Positions 19,526-30,172 are shown, counted from the first letter of the stretch. The stretch: 64,000 bases of DNA from an uncultured delta proteobacterium (GCA_963796685.1 CAWCMR010000025.1:192001-256000), one strand, 5' to 3'. Translations and numbers: made by a program. The notes: a model not told the origin generated them from the sequence alone.

Positions 19526-19656
19526 ATGATTGCGGTGAGACCAGAAGAAGGAGAATGCCGTGGATGGCAGCGCCACGGCGAGACCGGGCAGACCGGTAGC
19601 CCTCATCTTTTGGTGAGGGGGAAGGGCGTGCCCAAGTTTGCTCGGGACGGTTACCG

Positions 19657-20006
19657 TTGGGCTTGCTCAAGAGCCGGCTTGTAGGGGTGGGCTACTCGGC
19701 CCTGGGCAAAGGCGATGGCGAGCTTGAGCACGGCCTCAAGCAGGCGGTCCAGACGATCACGTTTCTGACCCAGGAGTTGCAGGCGAAAGGCGCAAGCCTG
19801 GAGCGGCTATGGCGAAGGTTGTTGGCTCTCAGACGGAGAAGACCGGTCAGGTGCTGGACAACGCCACCTCGGTGGGCGGTGATGGATCGAATATCGGCGA
19901 GGGTACCCCAGGGAAAGATGTTGCACGGAAAACCGCCGCCAACTTCACGACCAGAATCCGAGACGACCTCTCGGCCGGACTGCGAGTCGGAACACGCCCT
20001 CACTGA
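19657..20006 (+). mobile_element. Degenerate IS66-family transposase N-terminal remnant
   Basis: Joining two frames gives LKQAVQTITFLTQELQAKGASLERLWRRL(F)GSQTEKTGQVL, like the IS66 TnpC coiled coil LRRxLFGxxTEK; frameshifted and truncated. Confidence 0.45.
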
Positions 20007-20039
20007 TTTCACGCCCGCGGAAGGATGAACACGGTGGAT

Positions 20040-22136
20040 CTACTTGCCGTAGCCCACGCTGACGATATTCGATTGAACGGCATTGTCCGTCGCATCGGAC
20101 GGATAGCCGGCGAGGATGGCCCCTTCGTAGAAGGTTCCCGAGCTCAAGGTCGAGTTGCTGTAGCAGCAGTCCCCACCGCTTCCGAGGACGATGGCTCCTT
20201 CCTTCTTCATCGCGTAGGGAAGCTTGCCCTTGTAGAACGTTGTCAAGTTGCCGGTCGTCGCATCAGCACCACTCAGCGCAAACTCGGAGGTGCCGTTATT
20301 TTTTTCTATGGCGGTAACATATGCCTGCGTCATGCTGGGAGAGCTATTGTTCTTGTTCCCGTCGCCCTGTGCTTTGAGACCGCACTCGAAATCGGCCATG
20401 ACCCACGGACCCGAGCCGGCCCCGGTGCCCCAGTTTGTATTGGTGCTGAAGTTGACGGCATCCATTGCGCCGCATGATGCCACCGTTCGGGAGAGCTCGC
20501 CGTTGCCGTAGTCGAAGCAGCACCCGCTGATGTTCTTGTGCGTGCCGCTCGTCACCATGTAGATGCCTTGGGGAGAGTTGCCCGTTGGCACCGCCGACTT
20601 GGAACCATCCCTCCAATAGGCCTGACCGGTTCCCATCCAAAGCGAGTAGACCTTGTGACCACCGACACTCAGCTGCTCTTTGGTGGCACTCGGGGTTGTT
20701 TGGACCGTGGACTTGCTGCGAACGCTGGCATCCTCTGAATCCGTGGTCTCGGCTTCGACGAAATTTCCATTTCCAGACTGGTCGTAAACCTTGGTGATAA
20801 CGCACGTCGTGCCCTTACAGAACGTGTCCTGCACCGACGAGTCGGCAATTCCACCCGGGCTCAGGAGTGGGATGTCTGTCGTCGTGCTGTCCGAAGCGCG
20901 CTTAACCTGGTAGAGTGGTCCACTGTACGAGCCAAAAAGTGCACGCACCGTGCTATGCGCTGCGACACACTTGTTGTTGGCACTCTGATAGATGTCGCAC
21001 GGCCCGGTACTCGTAGCGGTGGAGCCTCCCGTGGAGGTCGTCCCGCCCGCCCCGGTCGTGCCACCTGAGCCTGTGGTGCCTCCGCCCGCACCGCTCGAAC
21101 CCGCGGTGCCTCCTCCTGCGCCGCTCGAGCCGCCTGCGCCGGTCTTGCCGCCCGAGCCAACCGTGGCGCCGCCCGAGCCAGCTCCACCACCCGAGCCAGT
21201 CGCTCCGCCCGCGCCAGTTCGGCCGCCGGAGCCAGTCGCTCCTCCGCCCGAAGAACCGCCGGTGTTTCCACCCGCGCCCCCGCCGCCCGAACCGCCGCTC
21301 TTCTGGAGTACGACGGTGCCTGTCACCGGAAGGATCGTGGGCGATGGAGTCAAGGTCAACGTGTCTCCCGAGACGCAGTACGAGTAATCCACTGTGTCGT
21401 CGGTGTTGAGCCCGCTGCCCGAGGTCTTGTAGTTGCCGCTATTTGCCGCCCAAGGGGATACCACCCCAATACCACCAGGCTGGTTAGCCGTGGCCGAGCA
21501 GTTGCACTGGCCGCTCGCATTAGTTGAGCAAGTTACAGTGCTCCAGCCAAGGGCTTCGATGGCACCCGCCATCTTGGAGCATTCGACGGAAATCGACGAA
21601 ACCGTAAGACACGAGGCGTCTAACGGAAACGTCATGGAGCCCGTCGTGGTCGTGTTGTCCGAATAGGTCCCGTTGTCGTTGGCGGTCCACGTTCCGTTGA
21701 CCTGAAGGGATCCGGTGACAGGAACGGTCTTGCACCCCAAACTAGCCAACGAAACGTCCATGTCTCCCGACAAAGTCAGGCACGAAGACGTCACGTTCCA
21801 GGTTCCAACCACGTCGCCACCGCAGGGCGCAACATTGGGACAATTCTTGCCAGAGCTTCCACCGCTGCCAGAAGAGCCGCCATTGCCTGACCCTCCGCCG
21901 GACTGACCGCCACCCGAGCCGCCGCTGCTCCCACCCGAGCCACCTGACGGTTTGCCACCCGAGCCGTCGCTATTCCCGCCCGAGCCACCTGAGGTAGAGC
22001 CCGAGCACCCAGAGCCCAGGAGCCAGAGCGCGGCAGCTATGACGCACAGCGAACTGCCGTGCAGCATCCATTGTCCTGGCCGCGAGCTAGAGATGCGCGG
22101 GGGGCGTCGGTTTCCGGATAGTTCGTTGCGAGTCAT
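20040..22136 (-). CDS. GH54 alpha-L-arabinofuranosidase B lipoprotein with N-terminal 10-Cys module
   Basis: Lipobox GSGC; GPCDIY, CVAAHSTVRALF, CCFDYGN, PWVMADFE, KEGAIVLGSGGD and GTFYEG motifs; start may be downstream (MLHG). Confidence 0.9.
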   Translation of the reverse strand: MTRNELSGNRRPPRISSSRPGQWMLHGSSLCVIAAALWLLGSGCSGSTSGGSGGNSDGSGGKPSGGSGGSSGGSGGGQSGGGSGNGGSSGSGGSSGKNCPNVAPCGGDVVGTWNVTSSCLTLSGDMDVSLASLGCKTVPVTGSLQVNGTWTANDNGTYSDNTTTTGSMTFPLDASCLTVSSISVECSKMAGAIEALGWSTVTCSTNASGQCNCSATANQPGGIGVVSPWAANSGNYKTSGSGLNTDDTVDYSYCVSGDTLTLTPSPTILPVTGTVVLQKSGGSGGGGAGGNTGGSSGGGATGSGGRTGAGGATGSGGGAGSGGATVGSGGKTGAGGSSGAGGGTAGSSGAGGGTTGSGGTTGAGGTTSTGGSTATSTGPCDIYQSANNKCVAAHSTVRALFGSYSGPLYQVKRASDSTTTDIPLLSPGGIADSSVQDTFCKGTTCVITKVYDQSGNGNFVEAETTDSEDASVRSKSTVQTTPSATKEQLSVGGHKVYSLWMGTGQAYWRDGSKSAVPTGNSPQGIYMVTSGTHKNISGCCFDYGNGELSRTVASCGAMDAVNFSTNTNWGTGAGSGPWVMADFECGLKAQGDGNKNNSSPSMTQAYVTAIEKNNGTSEFALSGADATTGNLTTFYKGKLPYAMKKEGAIVLGSGGDCCYSNSTLSSGTFYEGAILAGYPSDATDNAVQSNIVSVGYGK

Positions 22137-22216
22137 ACCCGTGCAGTGGAATCAGCTCTCGAATTCCGTCCTGCAAACGTGCGATTCCTTCGTTGCGCCG
22201 TCGAAGTGGTCGCGGG

Positions 22217-23444
22217 TCACTGCCCATACGTGGCGACGATGTTGGCCTGGACGGCATCGTCGGCCGCGTTCGATGAGAAGTGGTGGGTCATGATCCCCTC
22301 GAAGAAGTTCCCTCGCCCGGAGTTGCTGTTGTCGCCGCCGGTACCTAGGCCGATGGCGCCCTCTTTCCTCATGGGATTGTATAAGTCGCTGGGACGGGGT
22401 CCATCGAAGCCGAGTTGCAGGGTGCCGGACTGCGCGTTCCCGTATTTGATGGCCCAGTGCCCGTTCCCTTGATTGACCGAAGCACTCTTCTTGTCGCCCT
22501 TCACCAGACCCGTGACGTACTTGTAGTCCGACGGTAAGGTCGGGTTGAGATCGTATGGCGTGGTGTTGCCGGCCCACAGACCGTTTTCAAGATCCCCCAT
22601 GACCCATGGACCGTCGCCTCCACCCTTGTTCCAGGCGGTACAATTTCCGAAGTACACCGCTTCCATCGTACCTTCGCCGTTGTCCCTGCTGTTTTTCTCC
22701 ATGTTCCCGTAGTCGAAGCAGCAACCACCGTTGTAGTAGCCGGCCTCGGCGACCATGTACTCCGTCTCCGGGTCGTCGCTGGTTGCGGTGCCCTTGCTCG
22801 CGTTGTTCCGATAGCCAACCCCAGCCACGATGTGGACGCCGTAGAACGTGCGGCCACCGATCGTGATCGGGGCAGAGGTCGCGTTTGCCTCGTAGTCGGG
22901 TGTCGTCTTCAGACCGCCCGCGGGCGCGAAGGTGAGAATCGTTCTTCTGGTCGGATTGGTCATAGATGATCGAGATAGTGCATGCGTCGGTGCCGCAAGC
23001 AGAGTCCTGGGCAGCCGCGTCGGCGAAGCCATCCGCGCCAATCTGGATATCCGTGGTCGTGCCGCCCGTGCCGCTCTTCGAGCCCCCGACCCTGACCTGG
23101 TAGAGGGGGCCGTTGTACGAGCTCAAGAGACGCCGGACCGTGCTGTGGGCCGCGACACAAGGACCGCCGTCCTCTGCGTAGATATCGCAAGGCGGCTTGC
23201 TCGGGTCGAACGTCACGCCACTTCCGCCCGCCGCGCCTCCAGTACCCGAGGCACCACCCGAGTCAGTCGCCCCACCCGAGCCGCCGGAACCGCCGGATTG
23301 GTCGCCGCCGGAGCCGCCGGTCTGCTGGTTGCCACCCGTGCCGCCCGTGCCGCCTGTGCCGCCTGATGTGCGTTGGCACCCCCAAGAGCAAAGGCCGAGC
23401 ATGGTGGCCAGCAAGAGCGCATTCGAAAAACTTCTCATTCTCAT
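22217..23444 (-). pseudogene. GH54 alpha-L-arabinofuranosidase B lipoprotein with a +1 frameshift at 22937-22938 (possibly a sequencing artefact)
   Basis: N-half (lipobox SWGC, PPCDIY, YDQSDQKND) and C-half (LTFAPAGG, CCFDYGNME, DLENG, GGDNSN) are in adjacent frames; removing one base restores NDLTFAP. Confidence 0.85.
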
Positions 23445-23755
23445 CGAGACATACCTCCGTACGTGCGGATAGACAGACTCAGCTTAAGACGGATGACGGA
23501 GTCTGCCTACCTACTTTGTTCCGAATACTGAAATCTTGTCACTGCAGTTTCACATGAGGGCCTCGACTTCACATGTGGGGCCTCGACGGTGGCCTACATG
23601 GACGAGCACCGTCTCATCGAGGGCACCAGCCCCGGCCCCAGCTCGCACGGCGCAATGCGCCATCGAGGGTGTGGGTCGCAGCGTCGCCCACACAATCGGC
23701 TACGATCCGTTTCGCGACGACGCCCCCGTTCATGTCTGGGGTGAGCCAAGGGCGC

Positions 23756-25612
23756 TCATCGAATCAGCGATCCTCGTATCTGGGCCTGCAACATGCCCTC
23801 GGCTCGCTTCAGGTCGTCGAGCGCGGCGGGATCGTTGGGTTGCAGGCCAACCGCGGTACGAAACTCGTCTACGGCTTCGGCAAGGCGGTGGGTCTCGGCG
23901 AGCACGATGCCGAGGCCGGTGTGGGCGCCTGCCAGGGTGGGGGCAAGCGCGATGCAACGCCTGAAGGCCGCCTCGGCCTGGTCGAAGTGGCCGACCGCGG
24001 AAAGGGCATTGGCCTCGTTGTAGAGGTACGTCGGAGAGCTCGGATCCGCGGCGACGGCTCTCGACAGCGCCCATAGCGCGCGCTCGACCTGGTGCAATTT
24101 CATCAGCACGATGCCGAGATTGGAGAAGTCGTCCGCGGTCATGCCGTCCGCCACCAGACCCGGGACTGCGGCCACCTGCACAAGCACGCGTTCGGCCTCT
24201 GCCGGCTGGTTGAGCGCGGAGTACACCTCCGCCATGTTGATGTAGGCTTTGAGGCGGGTGGGATCGTGCTCGATGCAGGCCCGGTAGTCGACCATTGCCG
24301 CCGCGTACTCGCCATTGGCCTGTTCTAGGTCACCCAGGTTGTTGTAGGCGAACGCCGCATCCGGGTTGACCGCGATGGCGTGGCGGAGAAGATTCGAGGT
24401 ACCGGCCCAGTGCCGACTCTGATCGAACGAGAGCACGGCCAGCACGACGAGGGCCACGGCAAGCACGCCCACCGCGATCTCCCGGGGTCTGAGGTAATCG
24501 ACGGCATCGGCGACCATGAGCCCGACGCCGATCAGCGCAAGGTAGACATAGCGGTCGGCGACCGTCGAATAGGCCTGGAAGGAGAATGGCACGAGACCCA
24601 ACGTCGGGAGCAGGAAGGTTGCGAACATCAGGGCGCCGAGCCAGGTGAGCGGACGTCGCTGGTGCTTTCGGTAGCAGAGCGCGAGCAGGCCGGCCGGGGC
24701 GGCCCACGTGAGATAGCCCCACGCGTGCGACATCACCAGGCGCGGCGTCCGCCCATAATCGACACACAGGTCGACGGGCACGAAAGTCTTGAAGAGGTAG
24801 AAGGCCAGGGCATCGCCGGCAATGAACGGCCGCTGCCACCAGAGAGAGTCGCCCGAGGCGGCGACCGCCTGGATGGAGCGGGTGAGCCATGCGAAGGGCA
24901 GAACGCATGCGGCCCAGATCGAGGCGGCCGCGATGCTCCTGCGCCAGGAGGTTGCAAGGACAACCCGATCGATGGCGAGCGCGACGAGGGGCAGCGCCGC
25001 GGCGGTCGGCTTGCACAGCATGGCAAGCGTCGCGAACAAGGCCGACGCGACGAAAAGTGCTCGCGACCGGATGGAAGATGCGGTGGACGCTTGTCGAGAG
25101 AGGACGAATGCATTCAAAGCCATCAGCGCAAAGACGCTGCTGCTCGAGCCACGCAGCTCGGAGATCCAGGCTACGCTCTCGAGCTGCAGGGGGTGCAGGG
25201 CGAACACGAGCGACGCGAGCACGGCCATGGTGTTGCGCCGGGTGAGCCGCTGCACGAGCAGGAAGCACAGCAGGGCATTCGCCACGTGAAGGGCTATGCC
25301 GACGGTGTGAAACGCAACGGGATCCAAGCTGAGGGTGTGGCCAAGGGAGGCTTCCGCGTGCGCCGGAACCTGGGCGAAGCGCGCGATGGCGGCAAAGATC
25401 GTGTAGGCGAGAGGGACGTAGAGCCGCTCGTAGGAATGTTGCCAGAGCCTGGCCACGCTCTCGAGCGTCGGCGGATTGAGAAACGGATTCGCGTAGACGT
25501 GAATGTCGTCGTCGAACCCCACGAAGCCGGCCGAAAACACGCGCAGGTAGACGATGGAGATCCCTCCGGCGAGGCCGAGGACGATGAGCATGGGGATCGC
25601 GATCCGTTTCAT
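23756..25612 (-). CDS. TMTC-like GT-C membrane glycosyltransferase with C-terminal TPRs
   Basis: GFVGFDDDIHVYANP, FALHPLQLESVAWISELR, AMLCKP and ADRYVYL motifs, followed by several TPRs (AYNNLG, AHTGLG). Confidence 0.85.
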   Translation of the reverse strand: MKRIAIPMLIVLGLAGGISIVYLRVFSAGFVGFDDDIHVYANPFLNPPTLESVARLWQHSYERLYVPLAYTIFAAIARFAQVPAHAEASLGHTLSLDPVAFHTVGIALHVANALLCFLLVQRLTRRNTMAVLASLVFALHPLQLESVAWISELRGSSSSVFALMALNAFVLSRQASTASSIRSRALFVASALFATLAMLCKPTAAALPLVALAIDRVVLATSWRRSIAAASIWAACVLPFAWLTRSIQAVAASGDSLWWQRPFIAGDALAFYLFKTFVPVDLCVDYGRTPRLVMSHAWGYLTWAAPAGLLALCYRKHQRRPLTWLGALMFATFLLPTLGLVPFSFQAYSTVADRYVYLALIGVGLMVADAVDYLRPREIAVGVLAVALVVLAVLSFDQSRHWAGTSNLLRHAIAVNPDAAFAYNNLGDLEQANGEYAAAMVDYRACIEHDPTRLKAYINMAEVYSALNQPAEAERVLVQVAAVPGLVADGMTADDFSNLGIVLMKLHQVERALWALSRAVAADPSSPTYLYNEANALSAVGHFDQAEAAFRRCIALAPTLAGAHTGLGIVLAETHRLAEAVDEFRTAVGLQPNDPAALDDLKRAEGMLQAQIRGSLIR

Positions 25613-25717
25613 GACCAGCGGGAAAAGGCGAGGAGGGAGTCGCCGAGCTTCGCCCGGTGCGAGCCATCGCGCAAGGCACGATCCCCCTCCGCGAACACCT
25701 TGCGCCTCGTCGCCGGC

Positions 25718-26434
25718 CTAGTGATAGAAACGACACCCCTCGCGCGTGCATTCGCGGTTGTGCGCGTGGAAGCTGCAGGTGAGATCGTCGGACGCCCCAT
25801 CCAGGCTCACGCCAAGCTCGCGCTTCGCGAAGGCAACGGCCTCGGTGATGGCCAGGAAGCTGCAGCGCTTGCAGCAGCGCGGGCCGCCGGCCTCGGCAAT
25901 GCGAGCCAACGCCGTCGACGTGGCCGCGTTGGCCAGACGCCACTCGCGGCCGGAGAGGGGCGTCGCGCGCGTCACCACGCTGACGAAGATTCCGGTGCCG
26001 ATGCCGGCTCCGCAGGCGCCCCACAGGCCGCAGAAGCCGCCCTTGACGACTTCGGCTCGCTTGCGCGCCTCCCTCAACATGCGCTCCCGTTCGTCGGTCG
26101 CCATGCCCCGGGCAGTGGTGTAGGCCGCAATGAGCACCGCCGGCACGAGAAAGTGGTGCTCGGGGCCGTGCATGTGAACCGTGGGGCTCTTCATGAGCTG
26201 GACTGCCAGGGCCAAGGGATCCGTGGTCTCGGCGCGCAAGCAGGCCGAGAAGACGAGCTCACTCGGCCCGAAGGCATGGCACGCGTCGCACACGTAGTGA
26301 CCGGCCGTGCAGCAAGCATGGCTGGCCTCGCTGGCCCCGCAAATGGCGCAGGCCATGGTCTTCTTGTCGACGGAGTACGCCAGTTGTGCGCCGCAGATCG
26401 CGCAATCCGCTCGCTGTTGCATCTCGAGAGACAT
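25718..26434 (-). CDS. DUF5714-type Cys/His-rich protein (stand-alone)
   Basis: CAICG x2, GHYVCDACH, HMHGPEHHFLVP, GGFCGLWGACGAG and GGPRCCKR motifs. Confidence 0.75.
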   Translation of the reverse strand: MSLEMQQRADCAICGAQLAYSVDKKTMACAICGASEASHACCTAGHYVCDACHAFGPSELVFSACLRAETTDPLALAVQLMKSPTVHMHGPEHHFLVPAVLIAAYTTARGMATDERERMLREARKRAEVVKGGFCGLWGACGAGIGTGIFVSVVTRATPLSGREWRLANAATSTALARIAEAGGPRCCKRCSFLAITEAVAFAKRELGVSLDGASDDLTCSFHAHNRECTREGCRFYH

Positions 26435-26541
26435 GGCTGGTCGATCAGGTGAGGACTAGCAGGTGAGAGCCAGAATTGGATCGGACGATTCAGCCCTACG
26501 GGAAGTCGGCAGATCCTGCGCGTGCCTCGCTGAGCGCCGGG

Positions 26542-27291
26542 TTATCTGTGACCATGTCCGCCCCGGTTGTCGTTGCCCCTGCCGGGTGCGGGCCCCCGGT
26601 TCGGGCCGCCCATCGGTCCACCGCCGCGAGGGCCCTGCGGACCTGGCCGAAAGCCACGGCCGTCTTGTCTCGGCTGGCCAGGCGGCCCTTGAAATTCCCT
26701 GCCTCGCATCCCACGTTGCGGCTGGCCCTGGGGAGCCGGGCCCCGGCCGCGCATCTGCATGGGCGCATCCGGTCTTCGCTCCATGCGCTGGGGATTGCCC
26801 CGGGGCCCGACAGGCCGCGGCTCCATGCCCCGAACGCCCCAACCGTTACGCTGTTGCCAGTGCTTGTCCCTTTCCCAGCCACGCCAGTTGCGCTCCATCT
26901 CGCCGTGCGGGATACGTTCGTGATTCCATTCGTGTCCCCTCCAGCGGTGATCCCGGTAGTCGTTCCTCCATCCGGGCGGCACGTTTCTGTAGAAGGGCGG
27001 CGGCGCCTGGCGATAGAAGGCCCAGCCGCGGTCGTAATGGCGAGAGCGGTACCAGCGCCCTTCCCACGGACGCCACCACCAGCCCTGGCTGAAGTAGACG
27101 TCAGCTTCGACATCGGGCACTGCGTAGACGTTGGTCTCGGGGATGACGACCACCTCCGGGGGAGCGGGGAAGACAATCGGTGGAGGCAGAGGCACCCCGA
27201 CGCTCACGCTCACGCCAACCTGCGCACTGGCCGAAAGCGGAACCAGAACCGCCACGAGCGGAAGCAGCGTTCCTATCATCGCCTTTTTCAT
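26542..27291 (-). CDS. Exported Pro/Trp/Arg-rich protein with low-complexity tail
   Basis: Signal peptide; VGVSVSVGVPLPPP and GWWWRPWEGRWYRS; AAAGGA RBS. Confidence 0.75.
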   Translation of the reverse strand: MKKAMIGTLLPLVAVLVPLSASAQVGVSVSVGVPLPPPIVFPAPPEVVVIPETNVYAVPDVEADVYFSQGWWWRPWEGRWYRSRHYDRGWAFYRQAPPPFYRNVPPGWRNDYRDHRWRGHEWNHERIPHGEMERNWRGWERDKHWQQRNGWGVRGMEPRPVGPRGNPQRMERRPDAPMQMRGRGPAPQGQPQRGMRGREFQGPPGQPRQDGRGFRPGPQGPRGGGPMGGPNRGPAPGRGNDNRGGHGHR

Positions 27292-27634
27292 TCTTGGTCC
27301 TTTCGCGGGTTGTCCGGTGGCGGATCTTACGCCATCTGGCGCTCCACGAGTGATACGAAACGTCGGAGCTCACACAAGTCCGATGGTGAGCAGACCACAT
27401 CCCTGGATGCTTCGCGCGACGCCTTCGCCCTCGCGGATGCCGTCGGACAGGCCACGGCCTGGTCTTGCGATGCGGTCCCCTCCGTCTCCGACGCCTCCTA
27501 CGTGGTTGTCATCGACTGCAACGGCCGGGTAATCAATCGAAACTGCTGAGGCCTGGCTCCAGCGACCCGGATCACAGCCCCGCGTCGCCTTTTCGGATCG
27601 GCCATGCCAAGATATCGGACCAGGAGAGTCTGCA

Positions 27635-28730
27635 ATGAAGATCCCTCGCCTCGTTCCCCGACACCTTGGCAACCCGATCGCCGTTGCGGCAAGCCTCGCG
27701 ACGATCCTGAGCAGTGCTTGCGGTAGCTCGACCTCGAGCGGGCAACAGTCCCTCGACGCCCACGCAAGCGGTGGCGCGACCTCCGGCGGGACGGGCGGCA
27801 CGAGCAGCCTCGGCACCGGTGGCGCGACCAGCGGCGCCGGCGGCAGGCTGGGCATGGGCGGCACGACCAGTGGCGTGGGCGGTGCCCCGGGTACCGGCGG
27901 CATCGTCGCATCCGGGGGCGTGCCCGCAGTCGGCGGAACGCAGGGCTCAGGCGGCATGCCCGGCAGCGGCGGCGCCAAGGGTACGGGGGGGGCGACGGGC
28001 CTCGATGCAGGGGTGGATGCCGCGACCGGCTGCCCGGCGCAACCGCCACTCTCGGGTGGCGCCTGCAGCGGGCCGCTCACCTGCACCTACGGCGCGTCCA
28101 TCTGCTGCGGCATCACCTCGTCGGCCTGGACCTGCACCTGTCTTGGCGGCAACCTTTTGTGCAGCCAGACCGTGGAATGCAACTTCATCTGCCCGAGCAG
28201 CGATGGCGGCTCGGCCGATGCCGCGCTGGACGCCGGCCATGAGGACGCCGCAGCCACGGTCGATGCTGCCGGGGTCGGTGCGGCATGCGGCGGCACTGGC
28301 GATCCGGCCTGCTCGACGGACGCCTACTGCGAATGGCCGGACAACCTGTGCGGCTCGCGCACGCACGGCGCCTGCGCCACTATCCCGCGTGGTGTGGCTT
28401 GCGCCATCTCCGCCGCCCCGGTGTGTGGCTGCGACGGCAAGAACTACCCCAGCACTTGCGACGCCGCCAAGGCCGGCGTCGACGTCAGCAGCGACGCCAG
28501 CCTGCCCTGAGCCCGCGGGCATGTTCCGCTGCGGTTGGAGCTACTGCCAGCACAACACGGACTACTGCCACGCCCAGGTGGGCGGGGCGGTCAGCAATCC
28601 GGGCAGCTACGTCTGCGATCCCTTGCCCGCGGCATGCAATGGGACGCCTGGCTGTGCGTGCATCACGGGCGGCTCGACCTGCACTGCGAACGCCCAGGGC
28701 GACGTCACCGTCACCGTCGCCGTTCCCTAA
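27635..28730 (+). pseudogene. Cys-rich lipoprotein with Kazal-like domain and a +1 frameshift at 28501-28502 (possibly a sequencing artefact)
   Basis: AGGAG RBS; lipobox SSAC; PVCGCDGKNYPSTC Kazal motif; the Cys-rich tail continues in the +1 frame (CPEPAGMFRCGWSYC...VTVTVAVP). Confidence 0.8.
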
Positions 28731-28739
28731 TCCGCCGTT

Positions 28740-29402
28740 TCACTTGAGGCGCGGGGGTACCACGGCGGGGCGCGGGCGGGGAGAATGCCCGCGTGCCGGC
28801 GCCTTGCAGCGCTCCAGGGTCGCGGAGTGGCCGGTGAATGCGTAGCGACCTTTTCGAGAACGTCTGGAGTAAAGAGCGGCCTCCAAGATGGCACCCGACT
28901 GTCTGAAGACCACGAGGCTGGTGTGAATTCGGGCCGCGGTGGCGAAGCCGAAGTTGTCCTGCTGGGCATCGTACATGAGGGTCGCCGGGACGGCGGCACG
29001 TCTGGCGTAGTCCGGGAAAGAGGGCTGGCCAGGCCGCTTCTTCGACCCTTTCATCAGGGTGGTCACGACCTGGGCACCGCTGACATCGAGACGCGAGATG
29101 GTCCAGCGCTCCTGCTCGTCGAGCTGCCAGCAACCGAGAAGCGGTCGCAGGAGTCTCCTGGGGATGTTCTTCGTGGCCTTGTAGTCCTCGCTGGGCGCGG
29201 GCATGGCCTTCGCGGCAGCGGGCTCGGCGCCGGCTTCGGGCTCGGCCTTGTTGGCAGCCGCTGGCGCCACCTCCTCTTGCACGGCTGGAGCCGCGTCGTA
29301 CGCCGAAAACGACGATAAGGGAATGAAGAAAACGAAGACGGCGATCCACTGGGGCAGCCCGCGGCCAATCCGACCTTTGCAGGATCGTCTCGTGCTCTTC
29401 AT
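28740..29402 (-). CDS. Hypothetical exported protein
   Basis: Hydrophobic N-terminal segment, Ala/Pro/Glu linker, then globular region (LLGCWQL); fills the gap between flanking genes. Confidence 0.5.
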   Translation of the reverse strand: MKSTRRSCKGRIGRGLPQWIAVFVFFIPLSSFSAYDAAPAVQEEVAPAAANKAEPEAGAEPAAAKAMPAPSEDYKATKNIPRRLLRPLLGCWQLDEQERWTISRLDVSGAQVVTTLMKGSKKRPGQPSFPDYARRAAVPATLMYDAQQDNFGFATAARIHTSLVVFRQSGAILEAALYSRRSRKGRYAFTGHSATLERCKAPARGHSPRPRPAVVPPRLK

Positions 29403-29551
29403 GGCGCCGCGACGCTAACATGGGGCGCCGAGTGGGCCAAGATGCTTGACGCCGCCAACCGGCGTGCCGAGCCAACGGAGGAGTCTCAAGTCTTCCGGAG
29501 CCCGGTCGATTCCTGTTGGGTCATGCGACTGGCTTCAACAGGAGGTGCGCA

Positions 29552-30172
29552 GTGAAGGTAACGGACTTCGATTTCACGAAGGATCTCAGCTTCGATCCCA
29601 AGACTGGATACACCACGTTCGGCGGTTCGCGGGTCCTCATCTACGACGCCAACGCCATCGGCTTGCTCAGGCAAAATCTGATCGAACAGCTCGGCTGGGA
29701 AAAGGCGAGGTATTTCTTCCTTCGCCTCGGGTTTCAGAATGGGTACTCGGACTTTCTGCAAATGAAGGTCAACTATACCTTCGACACGGAGATGGATCTC
29801 CTGGCCTCGGGCCCGGTCATCCACACTTGGGAAGGCATCGTGCACGCGGCCCCCAAGGAGATGGCATTCGATCGCGCCAAGGGAACCTTCTTCTTCACCG
29901 GGGTGTGGTCGAATTCCTTCGAGGCCGAACAACACCTCAGCCACAATCAGAACGCGAGCGAGCCGGTCTGCTGGAGCGTCATGGGCTATGCCACGGGATG
30001 GTGCACGGCCTTTTTCGGCAAACCCGTGCTCGCCATCGAACCGGTCTGTCGAGGCAAGGGCGATGCGAGCTGCGAGTGGAAGATTCAACCGCCCGACGCC
30101 TGGGGCAAGGAAGCCAAGGTCTACTTGGACGCCTACGCATCGCTCTTTCAGGAGGTCGCTCGTCATGGCTGA
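29552..30172 (+). CDS. Stand-alone XylR_N + V4R sensor-domain protein
   Basis: GTG after AGGAGG; LSFDPKTG..GSRVLI, LASGPVIHTWEG, NSFEAEQH, PVCW...GYATG and EPVCRGKGDASC as in the DmpR/XylR A-domain; no AAA+ domain. Confidence 0.85.
   Translation: MKVTDFDFTKDLSFDPKTGYTTFGGSRVLIYDANAIGLLRQNLIEQLGWEKARYFFLRLGFQNGYSDFLQMKVNYTFDTEMDLLASGPVIHTWEGIVHAAPKEMAFDRAKGTFFFTGVWSNSFEAEQHLSHNQNASEPVCWSVMGYATGWCTAFFGKPVLAIEPVCRGKGDASCEWKIQPPDAWGKEAKVYLDAYASLFQEVARHG

Noticed and set aside
23549-23755. Short direct repeat (TTCACATG..GGGCCTCGAC x2) and a coding-like fragment
   Set aside because: Only two imperfect copies and no recognisable family; cannot distinguish an operator from a gene remnant
26476-27549. 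357-aa plus-strand ORF
   Set aside because: Mostly antisense to the 26542-27291 gene; the 3' tail may be a remnant but is unsupported
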